Positions 7,280 to 14,348 of a stretch of DNA of 24,000 bases are shown piece after piece. The first letter of the stretch is position 1. The number at the start of each line of letters is the position of its first letter. Source of the stretch: Planctomycetota bacterium. GTDB taxonomy: Bacteria > Planctomycetota > Phycisphaerae > Phycisphaerales > Zrk34. The position numbers were made by a program, and so were the translations under genes. The stretch covers positions 225,303-249,302 of the forward strand of contig WGMD01000009.1 in NCBI GenBank assembly GCA_016125255.1, written 5' to 3'. The notes beneath the pieces are model-generated. The model saw only the letters and a list, made by a program, of their open reading frames with translations, did not search any database and had not been told where the DNA came from.

Positions 7280-7570
7280 ATGTTTGCCAAGCTCGTGACG
7301 ATGACGCTGCTGCTCGTTTGCCTGGCCTCGGCCATGCTCGTGTTGCGTCAACATCGCATTCAGCTTGCCAACGACTCGGCGGTGCTGCATCAGCAGATTG
7401 TGCATCTGCGGCAGGAAATATGGGATGCGCAGGGCAAGGCGGCCAACGTGCTCGAGCCGCGCCAGCTTCGCAACCGCATCGACGCCGCCCAGTTGGCGCT
7501 CGAGCCCGTCGCGCCCTCCGCCTCCCCGGCGACGCGCTTCGCCAGCACCGACTCACCCGGGGGACGATGA
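7280..7570 (+). CDS. ftsL: FtsL-like cell-division protein (TM helix plus coiled coil)
   Basis: 96 aa with an N-terminal TM helix (LVTMTLLLVCLASAMLVL), a heptad-like coiled coil (LRQHRIQLANDSAVLHQQIVHLRQEIWDAQ) and an FtsL-like tail (LEPRQLRNRIDAAQLALEP). Sits in the canonical slot immediately 5' of ftsI. The call rests mainly on architecture and position. Confidence 0.7.
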   Translation: MFAKLVTMTLLLVCLASAMLVLRQHRIQLANDSAVLHQQIVHLRQEIWDAQGKAANVLEPRQLRNRIDAAQLALEPVAPSASPATRFASTDSPGGR

Positions 7571-7573
7571 GCT

Positions 7574-9316
7574 TTGCCCAAGTTCGAGCCGAACGCCGAC
7601 CTCGATAAGCAGCCCGTGCGAATCTATCGCACCGGGCTGATTCTCGTGGCGGGCCTGTCGCTGGTGATGTTCGGCCTGCTCGGGCGAGTCGTGCAGCTTC
7701 AGCTTGACCCTGAACGCCGACTGCACGATTTCATCGAAAACCGCGGGTCCGAAGCGAGCATCCTCGCCCGCCGCGGTGACCTGACCGACACGCGCGGCCG
7801 GCCCATCGCCTCGACCCACCTCGGCTACCGCCTCTTCGCCGACCCCAAGGCCATCACCGATATCGACGAGTTCGCCGCCCACGTCGCGCACGCCATTGGC
7901 GATGACCCCGCCCGGATCGATCAGCTCATTAGTCGCCGCATTGACAGCCGGTATATCGTTATAAACCCTTTGCTGGATGAAGCTCAGGTTAAGGCGGTAC
8001 AGGACCTGAAGCTCGCCGGCCTGGGGGTCGAGCCCAACCCTGTGCGCATCTATCATCAGGGTCAGCTCGCGTCGCAGCTTGTCGGCTTCGTCGGGGCTGA
8101 GCATAAGGGACTTGACGGCGTCGAGTTCGCGCTGGACTCGCTCCTGCGCGGCGAGCCGGGCCGGGTGCACACGCTTCGCGACGTCAGCCGCAATCCGCTC
8201 TGGATCGAGCAGTCGCAGTATGTGCCTTCCGACGACGGGCGCAGCTTCCGCCTGAGCGTCGACATGGTGATCCAGTCGATCGCCGAGAAGGAGCTTGCCG
8301 AGGCCTGCCGGCAGTTCAAGGCCAAGCGCGCCGAGCTGATCGTCATGGAAGCCCGAACGGGGCAGATTCTGGCGATGGCCAACTGGCCCCCGTTCGATCC
8401 CAATGATCCGGCCGCGGCGCAGGGCGAGGCGCGCCGCAATCGCTGCATCACCGATCCGTTCGAGCCCGGCTCGATCTTCAAGCCCTTCGTCTACGGCGCC
8501 GCCCTCTCCACCGGCGTGACCCGCGGATCGGAAATGTACGACTGCACCACCAGCGGCGTCTACGTGACCTCCTACGGCCGACGCCTCCGCGATGCTCATG
8601 CCCACGGGCTCATCGACTTCGATCACGTGCTCATCTTCTCCTCCAACATCGGCATGGGCAAAGTCGGCGAACGCATGGGCAGCCGCGCGCTCTTCAACGC
8701 CGTGACAAGCTACGGTTTCGGCACGCGCACCGGCACCGCGCTGCCGGGCGAGTCGCCGGGCATCGTCAATCCGCTCAACCAGTGGTCCAAATACTCGCTG
8801 ACCAGCGTGCCGATGGGACAGGAAATCGCCGTCACGCCCGTGCAGATGGTCAAGGCGTTCAGCGCCTTCGCCAACGGCGGCGTCATCGTCTCGCCCAGCG
8901 TATTGGGCGAGGAAGCCGACACGCCCATCTACCAGCGCGCCATCAGTGCCGACGCCGCCCAGCACACGCGCGACACCCTCCGCCGCGTCGTCACCGAAGG
9001 CACCGGCCGCAAGGCCGACTCGGCGATCTATCGCCTCTGGGGCAAGACCGGCACCGCCCAGGTCCCCGACCGCGTGCACGGCGGATACAAGGACCGCGCC
9101 TACAACGCCAGCTTCATCTGCGGCGCCCCCCTCAATAACCCCCGCCTCATCACCCTCGTCACCGTCCACGAACCCGACGCCGCCATCGGCTACTACGGCG
9201 GCATCGTCGCCGCCCCCGTCGCCAAAAACGTCATGGAAAAATCCCTCACCTACCTCGGCGTCCCCCCCGACAACCAGGACGCCCCCCGCGGCGCGTCGAT
9301 CGCCTCAGCGGATTGA
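7574..9316 (+). CDS. ftsI: class B penicillin-binding protein / peptidoglycan D,D-transpeptidase FtsI
   Basis: 580 aa. N-terminal TM anchor (LILVAGLSLVMFGLLGRVVQLQL) and a PBP dimerisation region. Transpeptidase motifs are SxxK (GSIFKP), SxN (FSSNIG) and KTG (GKTGTA). The annotated start is a TTG 4 nt after the ftsL stop, so the exact start is uncertain. Confidence 0.93.
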   Translation: MPKFEPNADLDKQPVRIYRTGLILVAGLSLVMFGLLGRVVQLQLDPERRLHDFIENRGSEASILARRGDLTDTRGRPIASTHLGYRLFADPKAITDIDEFAAHVAHAIGDDPARIDQLISRRIDSRYIVINPLLDEAQVKAVQDLKLAGLGVEPNPVRIYHQGQLASQLVGFVGAEHKGLDGVEFALDSLLRGEPGRVHTLRDVSRNPLWIEQSQYVPSDDGRSFRLSVDMVIQSIAEKELAEACRQFKAKRAELIVMEARTGQILAMANWPPFDPNDPAAAQGEARRNRCITDPFEPGSIFKPFVYGAALSTGVTRGSEMYDCTTSGVYVTSYGRRLRDAHAHGLIDFDHVLIFSSNIGMGKVGERMGSRALFNAVTSYGFGTRTGTALPGESPGIVNPLNQWSKYSLTSVPMGQEIAVTPVQMVKAFSAFANGGVIVSPSVLGEEADTPIYQRAISADAAQHTRDTLRRVVTEGTGRKADSAIYRLWGKTGTAQVPDRVHGGYKDRAYNASFICGAPLNNPRLITLVTVHEPDAAIGYYGGIVAAPVAKNVMEKSLTYLGVPPDNQDAPRGASIASAD

Positions 9317-9356
9317 CGAAGTTCATCTGCCGACACCCGCGGCGTTCCCTTCCGAT

Positions 9357-9427
9357 ATGACCAATAGCAAATGCCTGATGCCTAATGACCAATGCATTGG
9401 TCATCAGCCATTTGTCAATGGTCATTG
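9357..9427. repeat. AT-rich nested palindromic element in the convergent ftsI/hldE spacer
   Basis: Perfect 20-bp palindrome ATGACCAATGCATTGGTCAT at 9385-9404. The arms extend to 9368-9414 (CAAATGCCTG / CAGCCATTTG), with one mismatch and a 7-nt duplication (ATGCCTA) in the left arm. Outer copies of the half-site are ATGACCAAT at 9357-9365 and AATGGTCAT at 9418-9426. TCAATG-GT-CATTGA lies at 9414-9427. GC content is much lower than in the flanks. Confidence 0.7.
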
Positions 9428-9441
9428 AAATACAAATCCGC

Positions 9442-10935
9442 TCACGCCTTCCCGCGAATGCGCTCCACGATGTTCGTCGTCGATAATCCCTCCACCGGCG
9501 GGACCGTCGCGACTTTTCCGCCGTAGCTTTCGACGATTTCCCAGCCGACGACCTGGTCGTGGCTGTACGTCCCGCCTTTGACGAGCACATCGGGTTGGAG
9601 TCGCTTGATGAGCGGGATGGGCGTGTCGCCTTCGCCGCCTTTGCCGTCGCCGAACAGCACGATGTAGTCGACGCACTCGAGCGCCGCGAGGAGCTGCACG
9701 CGCTCGTCCTCATTGACGATCGGGCGCTGCGGTCCCTTCTGCGCCCGGATCGACACGTCCGTGTTCACCGCCAATACGAGCAGATCGCCCATCGCCCGCG
9801 CGCCCTGCAAAACGCGGACGTGACCGGCATGAAGAATGTCAAAACAGCCGTTGGTGAAGGCGATTTTGCGTCCCTGCTGGCGCCACGCCTTCAGTTCCGC
9901 CTCAAGCTGATCGGCCGTGCGGACCTTGCCCATCTGATGATGATCGCGCAGCAAGAGGGCGAGATGGACTTCTTCGAGCGGGATGGGCACGACGCCGAAT
10001 TTTTCGACTTCGAGCCCCGCCGCGACGTTGGCGAGCTTGACCGCATCGAGCCAGTTGGCCCCATTGGCCCGCGCGCCGGCGAGCATGGCGAGCACCATGT
10101 CCCCCGCGCCGCTGACATCGTACACATTCCGCGCCTCCGTCGGCACGGCCGTGGGCTCGCCCCCGCGCTCCAGCAGCAGCGCCCCATGACGATCGAGCGT
10201 CAGCACCACCGCGTCCAGCGCCAGATCATCGAGCAGTTTCACGGCCATCGCATGCACCGCCGCGTCGTCGCCGGCCGTCTTGCCGGTGGCCTTCTCCGCT
10301 TCGGTGCGGTTGGGCGTGATCGCCGTCGCGCCGCGGTAGCGCGAATAGTCTTCGATCGCCGCCGGATCGACCAGCACCGGCACGCCGGCTTTTTTCGCCA
10401 GTTCGATGACGCGCTGACTGACGCCCTCGCCGAGCACGCCCTTGTTGTAATCTTCGATGCACAGCACGTCGGCATCCTTGAGCGCCGCCGCGACATGCGC
10501 GAGCAGTTTGTCGATCGTCGCCGAATCGAGGTGACCGTTGTCTTCGGTATCGACGCGGAACATTTTCTGCGGATGGCGATGTTGGGCCAGACCGATGTAT
10601 GAACGCTTGACCGTCGTGCGCCGCGAGGCGTCGGCGACGAGAAACGTCGAATCGCACTTTGCTTCCCGAAGTTTTGCGCGAAGCAGGTCGCCGGTCGCGT
10701 CGGCGCCGGTCACGCCGATGCAGGTGACATGGCACTTCAGCGCCGCCAGGTCCATGCAGACATTCGACGCTCCGCCGGGCATGTGCTCCTCGCGGTCGAC
10801 GCGCAGGACGGGGACGGGGGCATCGGGGCTCAATCGCTCGGCGTTGCCGTAAACGTATTGATCGAGCATGAAGTCGCCGACGACGATGACGCGTCGGGTT
10901 TGCCAGCGGTCGATGAATTCGACGAGGTGTTTCAT
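9442..10935 (-). CDS. hldE: bifunctional D-beta-D-heptose 7-phosphate kinase / D-beta-D-heptose 1-phosphate adenylyltransferase HldE (RfaE)
   Basis: Start trimmed to the ATG at 10935 (MKHLVEFIDRWQTRRVIVVGDFMLDQYVYG...). N-terminal pfkB/ribokinase-like domain (DAPVPVL, DVSGAGDMVLA). C-terminal cytidylyltransferase domain (FTNGCFDILHAGHV). The start overlaps the lpxK stop (ATGA at 10932-10935). Confidence 0.93.
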   Translation of the reverse strand: MKHLVEFIDRWQTRRVIVVGDFMLDQYVYGNAERLSPDAPVPVLRVDREEHMPGGASNVCMDLAALKCHVTCIGVTGADATGDLLRAKLREAKCDSTFLVADASRRTTVKRSYIGLAQHRHPQKMFRVDTEDNGHLDSATIDKLLAHVAAALKDADVLCIEDYNKGVLGEGVSQRVIELAKKAGVPVLVDPAAIEDYSRYRGATAITPNRTEAEKATGKTAGDDAAVHAMAVKLLDDLALDAVVLTLDRHGALLLERGGEPTAVPTEARNVYDVSGAGDMVLAMLAGARANGANWLDAVKLANVAAGLEVEKFGVVPIPLEEVHLALLLRDHHQMGKVRTADQLEAELKAWRQQGRKIAFTNGCFDILHAGHVRVLQGARAMGDLLVLAVNTDVSIRAQKGPQRPIVNEDERVQLLAALECVDYIVLFGDGKGGEGDTPIPLIKRLQPDVLVKGGTYSHDQVVGWEIVESYGGKVATVPPVEGLSTTNIVERIRGKA

Positions 10936-11984
10936 GGGTGAAGCGTCTTGCTCACAAGTTCGGTCAGCGCGTCCGCGCCGTTGTCGAGCCGCATGACCAG
11001 ATGGGGCCGCCAGACGGGGACGGACAGGGGCGTTGATTCTATCAGGGTCCGGAGTTTGACCCAATCCTTGTGGGTCGTGAGCACGGCCGCGGCTCCGGTC
11101 TGTTTTGCGAGCTGATCCGCTCGCCGCAGGTCCTCCGGCCGGTAGTGGTGGTGATCCGGCAGCACGATGGACTCGACCACGTCGAAGCGTTCTTCCGCTT
11201 GCGCGATCAGCGCCCGCGGATTGCCGATCGCGCACATCACGATGACGCTTTGCCCGCTGGTTTGGACGCTCTGGTCGCGCCCGTCGGTGATCGACGCCCA
11301 GTGATGGGACGCATGGGCGAGGGGTACTTGACCGGTGATCGACTTCAAGGTGGCGTCCAGCTTGTCGAGCGCCGGCGCGTCAATCTGATCGCAGCGCGTG
11401 ACGATGATCGCATCTGCGCGTTTGAGCGCCCCGCGCGGCTCGCGCATCAGGCCCCAAGGCAGAATGTGCCCATAGCCGAACGGATTCGTCGCATCGATGA
11501 GCACCAGGTCCAGATCGCGGTGCAGACGCCGATGCTGAAACCCGTCATCGAGCACGATGACATTGACTTGAGGATGCTCGCGGCCGATGAGCTGCGCGCC
11601 TCGGGCGCGATCCGCATCCGTGATGATCGGTGTGTCGCCCAGCGCTTCGCCCAGCAGCAGGCGTTCTTCGGAGCCGACGTTCGGGTCGGCCTTGTATCCG
11701 CGCATCAATACCGCCGGCGTCGCGCCGAGCTTGCCAAGCGCCTGCACGAGGTAAATCACCATCGGCGTCTTGCCCGTGCCTCCGGCGGTGAGATTGCCGA
11801 CGCTGATGACGGGCACATGCGCCTTGTGCATCCGCCGCACGCCCGAGTCGAAGGCGAGATTGCGCAGCGTGACGCCCGCCGCGTAAAACGGCGAAGCGAA
11901 CGCCGCCGCGGCGCGGGCGAAGGGATTGGCGATGAAAGGCGGGTGGCTCAATGCGTTGCTCGACAGATATGTGACAAAAGGCAT
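10932..11984 (-). CDS. lpxK: tetraacyldisaccharide 4'-kinase LpxK
   Basis: Start trimmed to the ATG at 11984 (MPFVTY...). LpxK P-loop context VPVISVGNLTAGGTGKTPMVIYL, plus ILDDGFQH. The upstream 35 codons of the track ORF translate the GC-rich hairpin repeat and were discarded. Confidence 0.9.
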   Translation of the reverse strand: MPFVTYLSSNALSHPPFIANPFARAAAAFASPFYAAGVTLRNLAFDSGVRRMHKAHVPVISVGNLTAGGTGKTPMVIYLVQALGKLGATPAVLMRGYKADPNVGSEERLLLGEALGDTPIITDADRARGAQLIGREHPQVNVIVLDDGFQHRRLHRDLDLVLIDATNPFGYGHILPWGLMREPRGALKRADAIIVTRCDQIDAPALDKLDATLKSITGQVPLAHASHHWASITDGRDQSVQTSGQSVIVMCAIGNPRALIAQAEERFDVVESIVLPDHHHYRPEDLRRADQLAKQTGAAAVLTTHKDWVKLRTLIESTPLSVPVWRPHLVMRLDNGADALTELVSKTLHP

Positions 11985-11995
11985 GCGGCTCGGAG

Positions 11996-12018
11996 CCCTC
12001 CCCCTCCTAGGGGGAGGG
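11996..12018. repeat. GC-rich hairpin CCCTCCCCC-TCCTA-GGGGGAGGG just upstream of lpxK
   Basis: Perfect 9-bp inverted repeat with a 5-nt loop. On the mRNA (minus) strand its 3' arm GGGGGAGGG ends 11 nt before the lpxK AUG. Confidence 0.75.
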
Positions 12019-12020
12019 TT

Positions 12021-12029
12021 GGGGGGGGG
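12021..12029. repeat. G9 (C9 on the coding strand) homopolymer tract
   Basis: Nine consecutive G read directly from the sequence, adjacent to the hairpin. Together with GGGGGAGGG-TT it matches a G3+ x4 quadruplex pattern on the plus strand. Confidence 0.8.
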
Positions 12030-12085
12030 TAAATCGTATCGCTTCGCAACGGCTCCGAATCGGAACACGCATCGACTGATACGCT

Positions 12086-12700
12086 TCACCCTCCCCTGGC
12101 CCCTCCCTCAAGGGAGGGGGATGAGGAGGCGTTGAATGCGTCGATCCATTCGCCGAGCCGGCGCATCGGCAGGCCGACGACGGTCGCCGGGTCGCCTTCG
12201 ACCGTGATGGGCCAGCGGTCGGTCAGCTCGGCCAGATTATACCCGCCGGCCTTGCCTTGCCATTGCCCGCCGGCGATGTACGCTTCGATCGCCGCGTCGT
12301 CGAGCGGGCCGATCGTGACGAACGCTTCGTCCACGAAAATCCGTTCGCGCCCGCTCGCCGCATCAATGAGGCACACGCCGGTCAGCACGGCGTGTGTGCG
12401 GCCGACAAGTTGCCCGATCATCCGCCGCGCGTCGTCCGCATCGGCGGGTTTGCCGAGGATATGCTCGTCGAGACTGACGAGCGTGTCGGCGCCGAGGACG
12501 AGGCCGGCGTCGAGCAATTCCGCCACGCTTGCCGCCTTCATGTGCGCGAGCGTCGCCACCGCCTGCCGCACCTTCAGATGCGACACATCGAAATGCGAAT
12601 CGTCGAACGGCGGGGCGATGCACCGATGCGCGATGCCCGCTTCGTCGAGCAGCTTCGTGCGCCGCGGACTGGTGCTGGCGAGGATGAGTCGCGCGCTCAC
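12086..12700 (-). CDS. maf: Maf-like nucleoside triphosphate pyrophosphatase (septum formation protein Maf family)
   Basis: Start set at the GTG at 12700, which overlaps the upstream stop (GTGA). Maf motifs: LILASTSPRRTKLL, LGADTLV, GKPADADDARRMI, HAVLTGVCL, GKAGGYNLAE, DPATVVGLPM. The last ~13 codons (SSSPSLEGGARGG) are encoded by the GC-rich repeat. Confidence 0.88.
   Translation of the reverse strand: MSARLILASTSPRRTKLLDEAGIAHRCIAPPFDDSHFDVSHLKVRQAVATLAHMKAASVAELLDAGLVLGADTLVSLDEHILGKPADADDARRMIGQLVGRTHAVLTGVCLIDAASGRERIFVDEAFVTIGPLDDAAIEAYIAGGQWQGKAGGYNLAELTDRWPITVEGDPATVVGLPMRRLGEWIDAFNASSSPSLEGGARGG
12100..12119. repeat. second GC-rich hairpin CCCCTCCC-TCAA-GGGAGGGG inside the 3' end of maf
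   Basis: Perfect 8-bp inverted repeat with a 4-nt loop. A further C-rich copy (CCCTCCCC) lies at 12089-12096. Same motif family as the hairpin at 11996-12018. Confidence 0.75.
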
Positions 12701-13254
12701 GCCGCTTCTCGCTTGTGCGGTTTGGAAGCGGAGGGCGGGATCAACTGGCCCCATCGCTTGATGCGATAGTAGCAGATGGTGCGGTGCACGATGATGTAGC
12801 TGGGCAGGGCGAAGAGCAGGCCGACGACGACGCAGCCGACCCACATCGGCACCGCCACGTCCACCATCTGCGTCCAGTAGAAATCGACCGTGTTCCACCA
12901 ACCCTCCGGCGGATGGGCCAGATCGCTCCACCACTTGGCGTTGACGGGCGTCATGCGCGTGAGCATCACGCCCAGCTTGTAGCACGGGTAGTAGATCGGC
13001 ACGAGCGTGACGGGGTTGGAGATCCAGACCATCGGCAGGCCGATGAGTTTGTTGGCGCGGAAGAGCCATGCCAGAAAAAGGACGAGGCCCATCTGGAAGC
13101 CGATGGTGGGCGTGAACGCCACGAAGAGCCCGATCGCCACGCCGCGGGCCAGGCGCTCGGGCGGATCGTCGGCGTGGAGGAGATTGTGCAGCACGAAGCG
13201 CCGCGTGATGGCGGAGTAAAGTCGGATGCGGGCGCGAACGTGGCGGCGGAACAT
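12697..13254 (-). CDS. DUF2062 family membrane protein
   Basis: Start trimmed to the ATG at 13254 (MFRRHVRARIRLY...). Characteristic DUF2062 core: PERLARGVAIGLFVAFTPTIGFQMGLVLFLAWLFRANKLIGLPMVWISNPVTLVPIYY. Confidence 0.8.
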   Translation of the reverse strand: MFRRHVRARIRLYSAITRRFVLHNLLHADDPPERLARGVAIGLFVAFTPTIGFQMGLVLFLAWLFRANKLIGLPMVWISNPVTLVPIYYPCYKLGVMLTRMTPVNAKWWSDLAHPPEGWWNTVDFYWTQMVDVAVPMWVGCVVVGLLFALPSYIIVHRTICYYRIKRWGQLIPPSASKPHKREAA

Positions 13255-13268
13255 CGTGACGATCCCGG

Positions 13269-14330
13269 TTAAGCGGCGGGAGCCGGTTGGGGCAGGCCTC
13301 GGGGCGGATCCGATCGCATCACCTCCGTCACCGCCCGCCAAACGCGCTCGGCACTCACCGAGGCGATGACCGACGGGTCGGAGGTAGACCGATAGTGTAG
13401 GCGCTGTCCGGGCTCCGCACACACGGTCCCGATGTCATATCGGTAAGGCCCGACCTTCGCTGGATCGGTGGGGCCGAAAACGCTCACCACGCGGCGTTCT
13501 AACCCGATCGCGATGTGCAGCGCCGCCGAATCATTCGCCAGCACCAGCCCCGCACGGCTCAAGATCGCCATCAATTGCCCGATCGACGTTTTGCCGATCA
13601 GGTCGATGCGGCGGACTTTTCTTTTGGATGTTTCATTCACCAAAAGCGCCGCCGCGTCGCGCTCGTTCTTCGCCGCCACGATCACCGCCGCCTCCATGCC
13701 CACTTCGCCCAGCCGCTCGGCGATCTGGTCATAGCGCTCGGCGGGCCACGCCTTGCTCGCCCACCGCGCCGTCGGCGCGATCACCGCGAAGCGCTCCGCT
13801 TCGAGGCCGTGATCGGCCATGAACTGCCGCGCCCATTGCTTGTCGGGCACGCTGACGTGGAGCCGCATGTCGCGCACGATCGGCACGCCGTCGGCTTCGA
13901 TGATGGCGAGCATGCGGTCGACCGTGTGCACGTTCGCCGGATCGACGGCGATGCGCTTCGTATACCCGAGCCAGGCCATCTCGCGCGCATCGCCGGCCCC
14001 GATGCGTCGCGGGGCGAGCGTCGCGGCGGTGAACAGGCCGCTGCGGAGGAGGCCCTGCAAGTCATACACGCGGTCGTAACGGTGGCGATGCAGCGCAAAA
14101 CACATTCGCACGGCGGCGCGGAGGTCCTTGCGCGGGAACGCGATCGCCTGATGCAGATCGGGATGATGCGCGATGACCTGCGCAAATGAATCCTGCACGA
14201 GCCAGTCGATGTCCGCGGCGGGGAAGGCACGCTTGAGACTCACCAGCGCGGGCACGGTGCGCGCGACATCGCCCAAGGCGCTGGGCCTGACGATCAGAAT
14301 GCGCTGGGGGTTCTCCGCCGGCCGATTCAT
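13269..14330 (-). CDS. glycosyltransferase family 9 (LPS heptosyltransferase-like)
   Basis: 353 aa. The N-terminus RILIVRPSALGDVARTVPALVSLKRAFPAADIDWLV is the hallmark of GT9 heptosyltransferases, and the C-terminal half has NDSAALHIA. Shares an operon with hldE and lpxK. Which heptosyltransferase it is (I, II or other) cannot be told. Confidence 0.9.
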   Translation of the reverse strand: MNRPAENPQRILIVRPSALGDVARTVPALVSLKRAFPAADIDWLVQDSFAQVIAHHPDLHQAIAFPRKDLRAAVRMCFALHRHRYDRVYDLQGLLRSGLFTAATLAPRRIGAGDAREMAWLGYTKRIAVDPANVHTVDRMLAIIEADGVPIVRDMRLHVSVPDKQWARQFMADHGLEAERFAVIAPTARWASKAWPAERYDQIAERLGEVGMEAAVIVAAKNERDAAALLVNETSKRKVRRIDLIGKTSIGQLMAILSRAGLVLANDSAALHIAIGLERRVVSVFGPTDPAKVGPYRYDIGTVCAEPGQRLHYRSTSDPSVIASVSAERVWRAVTEVMRSDPPRGLPQPAPAA

Positions 14331-14336
14331 CCGGGT

Positions 14337-14342
14337 AATATA
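14337..14342 (-). promoter_or_regulatory. -10-like hexamer TATATT 6 nt upstream of the GT9 ATG (candidate leaderless promoter)
   Basis: Minus strand reads TATATT-ACCCGG-ATG (14342 down to 14328). It lies in the 18-nt gap after the PhyH stop codon. Confidence 0.4.
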
Positions 14343-14348
14343 CGCACC

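Noticed and set aside
6254-7405. 383-aa minus-strand ORF
   Set aside because: It is antisense to the LysM and ftsL-like genes. It is R/G-rich (e.g. RRGGRRRSRRG) with no domain signature.
7553-9169. 538-aa minus-strand ORF
   Set aside because: It is antisense to ftsI, which carries the SxxK, SxN and KTG motifs. The sequence is G/A/D/R-rich and low-complexity, with no start context.
9357-9428. 23-codon ORF MTNSKCLMPNDQCIGHQPFVNGH inside the AT-rich palindrome (Cys/His-containing, RiPP- or metallopeptide-like)
   Set aside because: The sequence is palindromic, so the opposite strand yields a similar pseudo-peptide (MTIDKWLMTNALV...). Third codon positions are AT-rich, unlike all supported genes. 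There is no SD or promoter. The DNA/RNA-structure explanation is simpler, though it remains checkable by ribosome profiling.
10936-11235. 100-codon N-terminal extension of hldE; similar extensions of lpxK (11985-12089), maf (12701-13069), DUF2062 (13255-13422) and AraC (14986-15330)
   Set aside because: Each extension overlaps the 3' end of the upstream gene or a repeat region. They are R/P/G-rich and precede the point where family homology starts. Internal starts give canonical protein lengths and ATGA/GTGA coupling.
9559-12032. Plus-strand ORFs 9559-10602 (347 aa) and 11070-12032 (320 aa)
   Set aside because: They are antisense to hldE and lpxK, which both have strong motif support. Both ORFs are R/D/H/A-rich without motifs.
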